Source of the DNA: Alphaproteobacteria bacterium
Lineage (GTDB): Bacteria > Pseudomonadota > Alphaproteobacteria > UBA2966
Assembly: GCA_964291395.2 (NCBI GenBank)
Contig: OZ219858.1
Coordinates: forward strand, 1,056,001 to 1,120,000
Direction of reading: 5' to 3'
DNA length: 64,000 bases
Shown: positions 1-10,263 of the stretch, one piece after another
Layout of the letters: every line of letters begins with the position of its first letter
Numbering within the stretch: position 1 is the stretch's first letter
Position numbers and translations under genes: made by a program
Notes under the pieces: model-generated
The model's database searches: none
What the model was told of the DNA's origin: nothing
Seen by the model: the letters and a program-made list of their open reading frames with translations, nothing else

Positions 1-1429
1 CGAACAGGTTGTCCATCTCGTAGGGATCGTTCTTCAGATCGTAAAGCTCACCGGCACCCGACCCCGTCTCGACCGTCAACTTATGGGTCCGGGTGCGCGC
101 CATGCGCAGGTCCAGAGCGACGCCGCACCGGGAGGCATTGATGTCCCATTCGTTGTAGGCGAAGTCCCGGCTCTCGACGGCCCTGCCTTCCACCAGGCCC
201 TTGAGGCTGCTGCTGTGCGTCTCTCCCGCCGCCGACACGCCCATGTAGTCGAGTGCCGTCGCCGGTATGTCCAGCGTCGAAACCGGATCGTCGACGATCC
301 GGTTTTCCGGGACCGACGGCCCCTGGAAGATGAGACCGATACGGACCAGCCCTTCGTAATTGATCGGACCCTTGAGGATCAGCCCGTGATCGCCGAGCCA
401 GTCGCCGTGGTCGGTCGTGTAGATCACCAACGTGTCGTCGGCGAGGCCGAGGTCGGTGATCGCCGCCATAATTCGCCCGACGTTGTGATCGATCAGCGAG
501 ATCATGCCGTAGTAGTTGGCGATGATCTCGCGGAGCTGCCCGTCGGTCTGATCGGGGATGCGGGAGTAATTCTGGCGGACCTTCCGCATCTCCTCGGTGA
601 TTTGCGGCACTCCCTCGAGGCTGGCGCGGTGCCACCAGGGCCGACGGTCCAGATCCTTGACCCGCTCGGGAGGCAGATCCACCTCCTCCGGATGGTGCAG
701 TCGTGACCATGGTTCCGGGGCGTCGAAGGGGTGGTGGGGATCCGGGAAGGACGTCCACAGGAAAAAACGGTCATCCCTGTTGTTGCGGAGAAACTCGATG
801 GTCCGGTCTCCGACCCAGGTCGAATTGTGCCAAGCCGGCGGCAGCGCGGAATGCCAGGTCTGGACGGCGTCCGTGACCGGTTCCAGACGGGTCTCGTAGA
901 GCTCGTTCTTGAGGCGTCCCAGGCTGTCCCCGTAGTACCAGGCTTCGTAGTGCTGGCCGCCGGGGGGCTCCATGGGATGCCAGCGGTTGTGGCCCAGGAC
1001 CACCAGCTCCACGTACTCGAACCCCATGTAGGGGCCGGACCAATCGGGCCCGTAGTCCGCCATCGACAAACGGCTCTCGGGCGTTCCCGTGGGCTCGAAC
1101 GTCAGCGCCGTCGAGAAGTGCGCCTTGCCGATGAATCCCGTTCTCACCCCCGCCTTGCTCAAGGTTCCGGCGATGCCGGCCTCGCCAATCCCAGGATCGA
1201 GGTCGATCCCGTTGTCGTGCACGCCATGGGTGTTCGACAGCAACCCCGTGAGGATCGAGGCGCGTGACGGCTGGCAGACGTTGTTCGGCGTGATGCAGGC
1301 GGAAAACCGGGTGCCCTGCCGCGCCATGATGTCCAGGTGCGGTGTCTTGATCTTGCGGCCTTCGAAGCCGAAGCAGTCACCGCGCTGCTGGTCCGATGTG
1401 ATGAGTATGACGTTGCGAACCGAATTCAT
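1..1429 (-). CDS. Cys-type sulfatase (3' end runs off the window)
   Basis: Manual translation of the minus strand: MNSVRNVILITSDQQRGD...NNVCQPSRASILTG (CxPxR formylglycine motif) and C-terminal ELYDLKNDPYEMDNLF. Absent from the ORF track because no stop lies inside the window. Confidence 0.9.
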   Translation of the reverse strand, partial: MNSVRNVILITSDQQRGDCFGFEGRKIKTPHLDIMARQGTRFSACITPNNVCQPSRASILTGLLSNTHGVHDNGIDLDPGIGEAGIAGTLSKAGVRTGFIGKAHFSTALTFEPTGTPESRLSMADYGPDWSGPYMGFEYVELVVLGHNRWHPMEPPGGQHYEAWYYGDSLGRLKNELYETRLEPVTDAVQTWHSALPPAWHNSTWVGDRTIEFLRNNRDDRFFLWTSFPDPHHPFDAPEPWSRLHHPEEVDLPPERVKDLDRRPWWHRASLEGVPQITEEMRKVRQNYSRIPDQTDGQLREIIANYYGMISLIDHNVGRIMAAITDLGLADDTLVIYTTDHGDWLGDHGLILKGPINYEGLVRIGLIFQGPSVPENRIVDDPVSTLDIPATALDYMGVSAAGETHSSSLKGLVEGRAVESRDFAYNEWDINASRCGVALDLRMARTRTHKLTVETGSGAGELYDLKNDPYEMDNLF

Positions 1430-1617
1430 GAAAGATCACGCCCCTGGGTTTTCTCGTCGTTGCGGCAGCCCGGGCCGCACGTGCGCATTGTAACGATTGG
1501 AATCGAACCTAGCTCGCGAGACGTGAGCCCACGGCGGTTCGAGCGGGGGCCGCCGCGAGGTTTACTCCGACCCGTCTACGCGTTAGTTAGCAGCGAAGGT
1601 GCTGGACGGACGGAACG

Positions 1618-4032
1618 ATGAGATCTCACGCGCAGGTGGTGGTGATCGGCGGCGGCGTGGTCGGGTGCAGCGTTCTCTATCACCTCACGAAATTCGGCTG
1701 GAAGGACGTCGTTCTCGTCGAACGCTCGGAATTGACGTCGGGGTCTACCTGGCACGCGGCGGGCGGGTTCCACACCCTCAACTCCGATCCCAACATCGCC
1801 AAGCTGCAGGGCTACACCATCCGGCTCTACAAGGAGCTCGAGGAGATCAGCGGACAAGCCTGCGGGCTCCACCATGTCGGCGGACTCACGATCGCGACCG
1901 ACTCGGACCGCATGGATTTCCTCAAGGCCGAGCGCGCCAAGCACCGTTACATGGATCTCGAAACCGAGCTGGTAACGCCGGAAGAGGTGCGAGAGCTCTG
2001 CCCCGTTCTCAACGTCGACGGCGTCGTCGGCGCGCTCTACGACCCGCTCGACGGCCATCTCGACCCGGCCGGTACGACCCATGCGTACGCCGTCGCGGCA
2101 CGGAAGCAGGGTGCGGAGATCATCCTGCGCAACCGGGTGATCGAACTGAACCACGGGTCGGACGGCACCTGGGTCGTGGTCACCGAACAGGGGACGATCG
2201 AGACGGAATACGTGGTCAATGCCGCCGGCCTATGGGCCCGCGAAGTGGGAGAGCTGGCGGGCGTCTACCATCCTCTTCATCCGGTGGAGCACCAATACCT
2301 GGTCACCGATGACATCCCGGAGGTCTACGAGCGAGAGGAAGAGCTCCCGCACGTCATCGATCCGGGGGGCGAGACCTATTTCCGGCAGGAAGGGCGCGGT
2401 CTCGTCCTGGGAATCTATGAACAGGAGTGCGAGCTCTGGGCCGTCGAAGGAACGCCTTGGGACTTCGGGCACGAACTGTTGCCGGACAAGCTCGACCGCA
2501 TTTCGGAGCCATTGGAAAAGGCGTTTCGGCGCTATCCCTGCCTTGCCGACGCCGGCATCAAGACCGTCGTCAACGGGCCGTTCACGTTCGCACCCGACGG
2601 CAACCCGCTGGTCGGTCCCTATCCCGGGCTCAAAGGCTACTGGTGCGCGTGTGCGGTCATGGCCGGATTCAGCCAAGGCGGCGGCGTGGGTCTCACGGTC
2701 GCGGAGTGGATGATCGAGGGTGAACCCTCCTCGGACGTGTTCGCCATGGATGTCTCCCGCTTCGGCGGCTGGGCGACGCGCGCCTATACGCGGGACAAGG
2801 TGACGGAGAACTACCGTCGGCGCTTCGCGATCAGCTTCCCCAACGAGGAACTGCCGGCGGGCCGGCCGCTCCATACCACCCCGGCCTACGGGATGTGGAA
2901 GGCGCAGAACGCGGTGTTCGGCGCCGGCTACGGGCTTGAGGCCGTCAACTATTTCGCGCCCGCCGGGGAGGCCCGTTTCGAGGTGCCGAGCTTCCGACGC
3001 TCGAACGCCTTCGGGCCGGTCGGCGAGGAGTGCCGCGCGGTGCGCACGGCCGTCGGCATCAACGAGATCCACAACTTCGGCAAGTACGAGGTCGTCGGGC
3101 CGGGCGCCGAGGAATGGCTCAACCGGATTCTCGCCAACCGCATGCCGCGCGTCGGGCGCATCGCGCTCAGCCCCATGCTCAGCGACAGCGGTATGCTGAT
3201 CGGCGACTTGACGGTGTCGCGTCTCTCCGAGGACCGGTTTCAGATCATCGGCTCGTCGTCGGCGCAGGCTTTCCACATGCGCTGGTTCCTGGATCATCTG
3301 CCGGACAGCGGAATCGGAATCCGGAACGTGTCGCTCGAGCGCATCGGTTTTCAGATCGCGGGGCCCGAAGCCCGAGAGCTGCTGTCGCGCGTGACCCGCG
3401 GCGACGTGTCGAATTCGGCGTTTCCGTTCCTGTCCGTCACGGAAATGGAGGTGGGGCTGGCGCCGGCCATCGTGTGCCGGATCACCTATACCGGAGACCT
3501 CGGTTACGAGATCTACGTGCCGGCTGGTTACCAGCTGGCGCTGTATGAGGCGCTGGTCGAGGCCGGCGAGGATCTCGGCCTCAGGCCTTTCGGCATGCGT
3601 GCCATGATGTCGCTGCGGCTGGAAAAGAGCTTCGGTTCCTGGCTGCGCGAATACAAGCCCGATTACACTCCCGCGGAGACCGGCCTCGACCGGTTCGTCG
3701 CTTTCCAGAAACCCGGATTCATCGGCATGGAAGCCGCGGTGCGGCAGCGGGAGACTCCGCCGGGACGGCGCCTCGTCACCCTGGTCGTCGACGCCGATGA
3801 CGCGGACGCGTGGGCCGACGAGCCCATCTGGCACGACGGCGACGTCGTCGGATTCGTCACCTCGGGCGGGTACGCCCACTTCGTCGAAAAGAGCGTCGCG
3901 CTCGGGTTCGTTCCCGCCCGCTTGATCGAAGACGGCAACGTCTTCGAGATCGAGATTCTCGGCGACCGCCGGCCGGCGACGCTCGTCGGCGAACCCCTGT
4001 TCGACCCCGCCGGCGAGCGCATGCGCGGGTAG
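1618..4032 (+). CDS. Dimethylglycine/sarcosine dehydrogenase-like FAD oxidoreductase (GcvT family)
   Basis: 804 aa; GGGVVG FAD motif, SGSTWHAAG covalent-flavin motif, TYTGDLGYE and SLRLEK folate-binding (GcvT) motifs. Confidence 0.9.
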   Translation: MRSHAQVVVIGGGVVGCSVLYHLTKFGWKDVVLVERSELTSGSTWHAAGGFHTLNSDPNIAKLQGYTIRLYKELEEISGQACGLHHVGGLTIATDSDRMDFLKAERAKHRYMDLETELVTPEEVRELCPVLNVDGVVGALYDPLDGHLDPAGTTHAYAVAARKQGAEIILRNRVIELNHGSDGTWVVVTEQGTIETEYVVNAAGLWAREVGELAGVYHPLHPVEHQYLVTDDIPEVYEREEELPHVIDPGGETYFRQEGRGLVLGIYEQECELWAVEGTPWDFGHELLPDKLDRISEPLEKAFRRYPCLADAGIKTVVNGPFTFAPDGNPLVGPYPGLKGYWCACAVMAGFSQGGGVGLTVAEWMIEGEPSSDVFAMDVSRFGGWATRAYTRDKVTENYRRRFAISFPNEELPAGRPLHTTPAYGMWKAQNAVFGAGYGLEAVNYFAPAGEARFEVPSFRRSNAFGPVGEECRAVRTAVGINEIHNFGKYEVVGPGAEEWLNRILANRMPRVGRIALSPMLSDSGMLIGDLTVSRLSEDRFQIIGSSSAQAFHMRWFLDHLPDSGIGIRNVSLERIGFQIAGPEARELLSRVTRGDVSNSAFPFLSVTEMEVGLAPAIVCRITYTGDLGYEIYVPAGYQLALYEALVEAGEDLGLRPFGMRAMMSLRLEKSFGSWLREYKPDYTPAETGLDRFVAFQKPGFIGMEAAVRQRETPPGRRLVTLVVDADDADAWADEPIWHDGDVVGFVTSGGYAHFVEKSVALGFVPARLIEDGNVFEIEILGDRRPATLVGEPLFDPAGERMRG

Positions 4033-4035
4033 CAA

Positions 4036-4075
4036 CCGAGACTAGCCGAGACTAGCCGAGACTAGCCGAGACGAG
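4036..4075. repeat. 10-bp tandem repeat (CCGAGACTAG)x3 plus one degenerate copy, between convergent genes
   Basis: Read directly: ccgagactag ccgagactag ccgagactag ccgagacgag. Confidence 0.95.
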
Positions 4076-6375
4076 CTCCCGTTCTTTTCGTTGAGGGCCT
4101 TCAGGACCCGGGGCGGCGACAAGGGCAGTTCCTGAACCCGAACGCCCGTCGCGTCCTCGAGGGCGTTCGCCACGGCCGCCATGACCGGCACGATGGACGT
4201 CTCGCCGATGCCCCGAACGCCATAAGGGTGGTTCGGGTTCGGAACCTCGACGATGACCGCATCGATCATGGGAAGGTCCGAGGCCACCGGCATGCGATAG
4301 TCCAGGAATCCCGGGTTCTCCATCCGTCCCTGCTCGTCGTAGATGTACTCCTCGTTGAGCGCCCACCCGATTCCCTGGACGGCCGCACCCTGGTACTGGC
4401 CCTCGACGAGGTTCGGCTGGATGGCCTTGCCCGCATCCTGCGCGGCCGTGAAGCTCAGGATCTTGATGTGCCCCGTTTCCGGATCCACCTCGATGTCCAC
4501 CGCTTCGGTCGCGAAACTCGGTCCGGCGCCGGAGACGTTGGTCTCCACGTGCCCGGCGATCGGTCCGCCCGTTTTCTTCGCGTCGCGGGCGATGTCCTCC
4601 AGCGACAAGGGCTCGAAGTCGCCCGCGTTGCTGCTGGCAGGACGGGCGTGACCGTCCTCCCAGACCACCGCTTCGACCGGGATGTTCCACGTGGCGGCGG
4701 CCCGCGCTCTCAACTCGTCGATCACGACCCGGGCCACTTCGACCGTCGCCTTCCCCACGGCGAACGTCGTGCGGCTGCCGGCGCTGATGAAGTTGAAGCC
4801 GAGCGACGTCGTGTCTCCGACGGCGGGACGGATGCGCTCGGGCTCGATCCCGAGCTCTTCCGCGGCCATCACCGAGATCGACGTCCGGGTGCCGCTGAGA
4901 TCCGGATTCCCCACCGTCAGAGCGATCGTACCGTCGTCGTTGACGTTCATGGTGACGCTGGTCTCGCCGCCGATGTTGAACCAGAATCCCGAGGCCACCC
5001 CGCGCCCCTGGTTCGGACCGAGCGGCACGTTGTAGTTCGGGTGATTCTTGATGGCCTGCAGGGTCTCCACCTGCCCGACCGGCCCGAACGTCGGACCGTA
5101 GGCGGCCTTCGTCCCCTCCTTGGCGGCGTTCATCAGCCGCAGGTCCACCGGATCGATGCCGAGTTCGCGCGCCATCTCGTCCATGGCGCTTTCGACGGCG
5201 AACGCCGAGATCTGCGCCCCCGGCGCCCGGTAGGCCGTCGTCTTGGGCCGGTTGGCGACGACGTCGTAGCCGATCACCAGCACGTTCTCGAGGTCGTAGC
5301 AGGCGTAGGCGCACATCGCCGCCGGGAAGACCGGCGAGCCCGGAAAGGCGCCCGCCTGGAACATCAGCTCGGCCCATCCCGCGGTGATCCTGCCGTCGTG
5401 CCTGGCCCCGATCTTCACCTTCATGTGGGATCCGGACGTCGGCCCCGTGGCCCGGAAGACCTCGTTCCGGTGCATGGCGATCTTGACGGGCCGGCCGCAC
5501 TTGCGGGACAGCGCCAGGGCGAGGGGCTCCAGATAGACGATGTTCTTGCCCCCGAAACCGCCGCCGATCTCGGAGGCCGTGACCTTCAGCTTCGAGACCT
5601 CGATGCCGCAGAGGCGCGACGTGATCGCCCGAACCAGGAAGTGACCGGGCGTCGAGCACCAGACTTCACCCTGGCCGTCTTCCGTATAGCTCGCCACACA
5701 GGCGTGCGGCTCGATGTAACCTTGATGGACCGGGCGCGTCTTGTATTCGCGCTCGATGACGACGTCGGCCTCGGCGAAACCCTTCTCCACGTCGCCGAGC
5801 TTGATCTCGAGCCGTTTGGCGACGTTGGAGGGCCGGTCGGGCTTCGGGTGGACCCCGTCCGTGAACTGATCCTCGTTGAGAAGGGGCGCGTCGGGCTTCA
5901 TCGCCTCGACCACGTCGATGACGTGCGGCAGCACCTCGTAGTCGACGTCGATGAGCTTGAGCGCCTTGCGCGCGATGGACGCGCTGGTCGCGGCCACGGC
6001 GGCCACCGCGTGACCGTCGTACATGGCCTTCTCCCGTGCCAGCACGTTGCGGATGACGTCCCGGATGTTGACCGTCAGCTCGCCCACCTGAATCATCTCG
6101 GACGGCTGATCCTCGAAATCCTCCCGCGTGATCACCGCCTTGACGCCCTTGACGGCCTCCGCCTTCGACGTGTCGATCCCGTTGATCTTGGCGTGCGCGT
6201 GCGGACTGCGCAGCACCGCGCCGAACAGCATGCCGGGCATGATGAGGTCCGCGCCGAAACGCGCCCTCCCGGTAACCTTGTCGACACCGTCGGTGCGGGC
6301 GACGTTCGTCCCGACCCACTTCAGCTCGTGGGGCTTCTCCTGATAGCCAAGGTCTTCAGCAGCCGACATGGTCAC
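4042..6375 (-). CDS. Xanthine dehydrogenase family molybdopterin-binding (large) subunit
   Basis: 777 aa; KVTGRARF, LRSPHAHA, GGGFGGK, AYRAPG, GIGETSIVP motifs. Confidence 0.92.
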   Translation of the reverse strand: MTMSAAEDLGYQEKPHELKWVGTNVARTDGVDKVTGRARFGADLIMPGMLFGAVLRSPHAHAKINGIDTSKAEAVKGVKAVITREDFEDQPSEMIQVGELTVNIRDVIRNVLAREKAMYDGHAVAAVAATSASIARKALKLIDVDYEVLPHVIDVVEAMKPDAPLLNEDQFTDGVHPKPDRPSNVAKRLEIKLGDVEKGFAEADVVIEREYKTRPVHQGYIEPHACVASYTEDGQGEVWCSTPGHFLVRAITSRLCGIEVSKLKVTASEIGGGFGGKNIVYLEPLALALSRKCGRPVKIAMHRNEVFRATGPTSGSHMKVKIGARHDGRITAGWAELMFQAGAFPGSPVFPAAMCAYACYDLENVLVIGYDVVANRPKTTAYRAPGAQISAFAVESAMDEMARELGIDPVDLRLMNAAKEGTKAAYGPTFGPVGQVETLQAIKNHPNYNVPLGPNQGRGVASGFWFNIGGETSVTMNVNDDGTIALTVGNPDLSGTRTSISVMAAEELGIEPERIRPAVGDTTSLGFNFISAGSRTTFAVGKATVEVARVVIDELRARAAATWNIPVEAVVWEDGHARPASSNAGDFEPLSLEDIARDAKKTGGPIAGHVETNVSGAGPSFATEAVDIEVDPETGHIKILSFTAAQDAGKAIQPNLVEGQYQGAAVQGIGWALNEEYIYDEQGRMENPGFLDYRMPVASDLPMIDAVIVEVPNPNHPYGVRGIGETSIVPVMAAVANALEDATGVRVQELPLSPPRVLKALNEKNGSSSRLVSASLG

Positions 6376-6848
6376 TCTCCTCGCATTTCCGCGGCCGTGT
6401 CGAGAACGGCCCGAATGATCTTGTCATATCCCGTGCATCGGCAAAGGTTGCCAGCCAGCCAGTAGCGCGTCTCGGTCTCCGTGGGGTCCGGACTCCTCTC
6501 CAGCAGGGCCTTGGCCGCGACCAGGAGTCCCGGCGTGCAATAGCCGCATTGAAGCGCCGCGTAGTCGAGAAACTTCTGCTGCAGCGGATGAAGGCGTTCG
6601 CCGTCCGCCATCCCCTCGATGGTTTCGATGGAGCAGTCTCCGGCCTCGGCGCCCATCACCAGGCAGGAGCACACCAGCCGTCCGTCGAGCATGACGCTGC
6701 AGGCGCCGCAATCACCCGAGGCGCAGCCCTCCTTGGTGCCCGTGAGGTGGAGCTCGTCGCGCAACACGTCGAGAAGCGTCTGCTCCGGTTCGCAGAGAAA
6801 CTCGACCTCGTCGCCGTTGACGGTCGCCGATACGTGGTATCTCGCCAT
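6372..6848 (-). CDS. [2Fe-2S] small subunit (CoxS/XdhC-like)
   Basis: GCASGDCGAC, QCGYCTPG, GNLCRCTGY. Confidence 0.95.
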   Translation of the reverse strand: MARYHVSATVNGDEVEFLCEPEQTLLDVLRDELHLTGTKEGCASGDCGACSVMLDGRLVCSCLVMGAEAGDCSIETIEGMADGERLHPLQQKFLDYAALQCGYCTPGLLVAAKALLERSPDPTETETRYWLAGNLCRCTGYDKIIRAVLDTAAEMRGE

Positions 6849-6863
6849 TGTGTTCGTCCTATT

Positions 6864-7721
6864 TCACTTGCCCGCGGCCCGCGCGCGCGCGATTTCCGCC
6901 GCCCGACGTGCCATGACGCCCGTAACCTGGATGCGAAACTCCTTCGTTCCGCGCTTGTCGTCGATGGGTTTGGCGGCCGCGCTCGCCGCTTCCGAAAGCC
7001 TGGCGAGCGCCGCCTCGTCCACCGAAGTGCCCATCAGCGCATCGGCCGCCTCGTCCGGCACCAGGGCGCGTGCCGCCACGGCCCCGAGCGATACCTTCGC
7101 GGCGGTGCACAAACCGGACTCGTCGAGGGTCAGGCACACGCCGGCGCCGACGACGGCGATATCCATCTCCGTCCGCGGAATGAATCTCAGATAGGCGTCA
7201 CCCGTGCGGGGTGCCTGCTCGGGAAACAGGAAGGACGCGACCAGCTCGCCCTTCCGGAGCGATGTCTGCCCCGGTGCCGTCGCGACGTCCTCCACCGGAA
7301 CGTCGCGGCTGCCGTCCGGCCCCTCGACGGTGGCGATGGCGCCCGCGGCGATCATGGCCGGCACGGAGTCCGCCGCCGGCGAGGCGTTGCAGAGATTGCC
7401 GCCCATGGTGGCGCGGCTCTGAATCTGGGTCGAGCCGATCAGTTCGAGGGCCTCGACGACGCCCGGCCAAACCGATTTGAACGCCTCGTGTTCGCCCAAT
7501 TCCGCGCCGGTCACCGCGGCGCCGACCCGAAAGCCGCCGTTTTCCGTGGTGACGGTCCGCATCCCATCGATCTTCTTGACGTCGACGACGAGGCTGGGAT
7601 CGATCGTGTCGGCGCGCAGTTGCACGAGAAGGTCCGTCCCGCCCGCGAGCACGCGGGCGTTGTCATCGCTTGCCAGCAATGCCACGGCCGCTTCCATCGT
7701 TTCCGGCGCTTCATAACGCAT
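6864..7721 (-). CDS. FAD-binding medium subunit (CoxM/XdhB-like)
   Basis: AGGTDL, ATMGGNLCNASPAAD, PIDDKRGT. Confidence 0.93.
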   Translation of the reverse strand: MRYEAPETMEAAVALLASDDNARVLAGGTDLLVQLRADTIDPSLVVDVKKIDGMRTVTTENGGFRVGAAVTGAELGEHEAFKSVWPGVVEALELIGSTQIQSRATMGGNLCNASPAADSVPAMIAAGAIATVEGPDGSRDVPVEDVATAPGQTSLRKGELVASFLFPEQAPRTGDAYLRFIPRTEMDIAVVGAGVCLTLDESGLCTAAKVSLGAVAARALVPDEAADALMGTSVDEAALARLSEAASAAAKPIDDKRGTKEFRIQVTGVMARRAAEIARARAAGK

Positions 7722-7931
7722 TTCGATGACGCTACTCCCTCACGTTGCGTTCGACTCGGTGTCGAAGGACCCCGAACATACAGATTTCGCCCCAAAGCAA
7801 CAATTCATGCCCGGAAAGCTCATTCCTGCAGGAGAAGACCCCGGCGCGGACTTGCCAAGACGACGGCGCTCCCGCCAGAGTTGCCTTGGTCACAACCGGC
7901 GAATTCCGGCATCTTATACGAGGGACCGTGC

Positions 7932-8681
7932 ATGTTGAACTACCGGCGATTCGGATCGGGCCCGACCGTCGTGCTGCAGCACGGCTATGCGGGCGGCGGC
8001 GGCTACTGGGGCGTCCTGGCGGCTCATCTGGCGGCGAATTTCGACGTCATCGCCACGGACATGCCGGCTTTCGCGGGCAGCGCCGACAAACCGGTTCCCG
8101 ACTCGATCCCGGGAATCGCCGAATCGCTCCTGGATACCCTCACGCGGCTCGGTGTCGAGCGCTTCATGCTGCTCGGTCATTCGCTGGGTTCCATGACCGC
8201 GCTGCAGGCGGCCCTCGATCACCCCGAGCGGATCGAGAAACTCGTCCTCTATGGAGGCTCGGCCACCACCGATCTTCCCAACCGGTTCGAGACCCTGGAC
8301 GAAACGGTCGCGCGAATCGAAGCGGAAACCGTCGAAGTCACGACCGCGCGGATCGCGGCGACCTGGTTCGTCGACGGCGACCGCCATCCGCTCTACGAGT
8401 TCACGAAAACCGCGGGCGCGGGGGCCAGCAAGGAGGGCGCGATCAAGCTGATGCGCGGGATGGCGGGCTGGGACGTGCGCCACCGGCTCGGCGAGGTCGG
8501 CATGCCGACGCTCGTGATCTGCGGCGACAGCGACAGATCGACCCATCCCGACTGCTCCTACGAGCTATGGCGGGGGATCCCGAACGCCCAGCTCTGCGTG
8601 CTGCCCGATTGCGCCCACAACGCGCACCTCGAGGTGTCGGAGGTCTTCAATCCGCTGATCGGCCGCTTCCTTCGTTCCTAG
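7932..8681 (+). CDS. Alpha/beta-fold hydrolase
   Basis: C-terminal 249 aa of track ORF 6549..8681, starting MLNYRRFGSG; HGYAGG oxyanion motif, GHSLG nucleophile elbow, Asp and His (CAHNAH). Confidence 0.88.
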   Translation: MLNYRRFGSGPTVVLQHGYAGGGGYWGVLAAHLAANFDVIATDMPAFAGSADKPVPDSIPGIAESLLDTLTRLGVERFMLLGHSLGSMTALQAALDHPERIEKLVLYGGSATTDLPNRFETLDETVARIEAETVEVTTARIAATWFVDGDRHPLYEFTKTAGAGASKEGAIKLMRGMAGWDVRHRLGEVGMPTLVICGDSDRSTHPDCSYELWRGIPNAQLCVLPDCAHNAHLEVSEVFNPLIGRFLRS

Positions 8682-8724
8682 ATGTGGAGCGTCTCCACGC
8701 CACCCGTTCGGCCCGGCGGCGGCG

Positions 8725-9504
8725 CTATTTCGGCTTCTTCAGCTCCGTGACCGTGAAGCCGCCGCCCGACACGTCGAGCAGGCAGCCGTTCACGTACGAA
8801 GCCTCGTCGGACAGGAGCCACATGACGGGACGGGCAACCTCGATGGGCTCGGCGATCCTGTTGATGGGGATCGACTCGGCGATGGCGTTCCGCGCCGCCT
8901 CGTCGTGCCGCAACTGGTCGACCATATCCGTCATGGTGACCGCGGGGCGCACGGCATTCACCCGAATGCCGTCCCGGGCGACTTCCTTGGCCAGGCCCAC
9001 GGTGAAGGAGTCGATCGCGGCCTTGGACGCCGCATAGTCCGTACGTCCCGGACGGCCGCCGATGGTCGAGGCCATGGACGACACGTTGACGATGGCGCCC
9101 CCCCGTCCGCCCCGGCCGAGCGCCATGCGGCGCACCGCTTCCCGCGCGCTGACCATCGCGCCGATCACGGTGACCCGCATCAGGGAGGCGAGGACGCCGG
9201 GGTCGAAATCCTCTGCTCGTACGTATCCTCCGCCGTGCCCGGCGCTGTTGACGAAGGCGGTCAGTGGTCCGAGTTCCCTGTCCACGGTGTCGAACAGGCG
9301 TTCGACGTCGGCCGCTTCCGCGACGTCCGCCTGAACGGGAATCGCCCGGCCGCCGCCGGACTCGATTTCTTCCACGAGCGCCTGCGCGGCGTCGGCGCGT
9401 TCACGGTAGTTGACGGCGACGGCATACCCGCGACTCGCCGCGAGACGCGCGGTCTCCGCGCCGATCCCCCGCGACCCCCCCGTGACGAGAAGAACCCGTT
9501 CCAT
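8725..9504 (-). CDS. Short-chain dehydrogenase/reductase (SDR)
   Basis: TGGSRGIG, NVSS, YAASK. Confidence 0.93.
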   Translation of the reverse strand: MERVLLVTGGSRGIGAETARLAASRGYAVAVNYRERADAAQALVEEIESGGGRAIPVQADVAEAADVERLFDTVDRELGPLTAFVNSAGHGGGYVRAEDFDPGVLASLMRVTVIGAMVSAREAVRRMALGRGGRGGAIVNVSSMASTIGGRPGRTDYAASKAAIDSFTVGLAKEVARDGIRVNAVRPAVTMTDMVDQLRHDEAARNAIAESIPINRIAEPIEVARPVMWLLSDEASYVNGCLLDVSGGGFTVTELKKPK

Positions 9505-9738
9505 CAATCGCTCCCGCGCTCCCGAATTCCAGTTTCACATACGGTGTCCGGCGGAGACGAAGGCACCGTGAGCCCGATAGGTGGGTGGCCGGGTGTCCTC
9601 GCCGCCACGCGGCGTGGCCGGGACATGCCTGTACCCGACGACGTACCATGGGAGGATCGACACTGGCAAACGGCCGTTGTCGTTGTCGGTCGTTCCCCGA
9701 CGATATGGTCGAGCCGTGCATGCGATGGTGGCGGAACG

Positions 9739-9804
9739 ACGAAGACCACGCTCAATCCGAACGATCAGGTTCTGTCAAAAGCGAGGGGGCGGGCCGCACG
9801 GGAA
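9739..9804 (+). pseudogene. Remnant of a ribbon-helix-helix (VapB/CopG-like) antitoxin N-terminus
   Basis: Reads (ACG)KTTLNPNDQVLSKARGRAARE, resembling recalled MKTTLNxxDxLLxxAKxRAARE antitoxin starts; the start codon appears as ACG. Confidence 0.5.
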
Positions 9805-10263
9805 GCAGCCGGTTGCGGTTCCTCCTCCTTGACGCTCCGCACCCGCCGATGCCGCATCCCAGTTCTGCGGCGATCCCTCGCGCAGCAGCCTGAACAGCGA
9901 TTGCCGCGTCAGATCGAAGCCTTCGACGAATGCCGAGTGAACCCTTTCCGGCGTCAACCTGTGCAGCCGGTTGTGAACGATGTCCGATCGCACGTCGTAG
10001 AGTTCCTTCACCTTGTCCTTGATTCTCTGCTCGCTCGCCTTGTCCGTTCCCAGCAGCCGCGCCGTGCGGTTGCGAACCTCGTCATAGAGCAGACACAAAT
10101 CCTCCAGCGGGAAGGGCGGCGGTCTGCCGTCCCTCAGGTCGATCACGCGCGCATACCGTTCCCGATATTCGTGAAGAAAGGGCTCCTGCGCCTGCGCGGG
10201 CGGGGGAAGCAACTACGCCAGGCGCTCGATCCACGCCTCTGGGTCGAATTGTGCCGAGGTCAC
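9775..10263 (-). pseudogene. HEPN (ApeA-like) domain protein pseudogene
   Basis: GTG at 10263 overlaps the NYN stop (GTGA); in-frame TAG at 10213-10215; C-terminal KELYDVRSDIVH carries an RxxxxH HEPN motif. The middle of the protein appears deleted. Confidence 0.65.

Noticed and set aside
4036-4075. CRISPR-like array
   Set aside because: 10-bp units with no spacers and no cas genes; no CRISPR array was seen anywhere in the window.
2230-6465. Long antisense ORFs (e.g. 2230..4035, 4228..6465; likewise 16951..19191, 34674..36794, 40703..43243)
   Set aside because: Shadow frames of high-GC genes with clear family motifs on the opposite strand; they have no motifs of their own.
4042-7721. Aerobic CO dehydrogenase (coxMSL) call
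   Set aside because: The gene order fits, but the active-site loop is AYRAPG rather than AYxCSFR; treated as a generic xanthine-dehydrogenase-family enzyme.
7795-7815. Sigma54 promoter for the Mo-enzyme operon (GGCATGAATTGTTGC on the minus strand)
   Set aside because: The GG-to-GC spacing is 11 rather than the required 10 nt.
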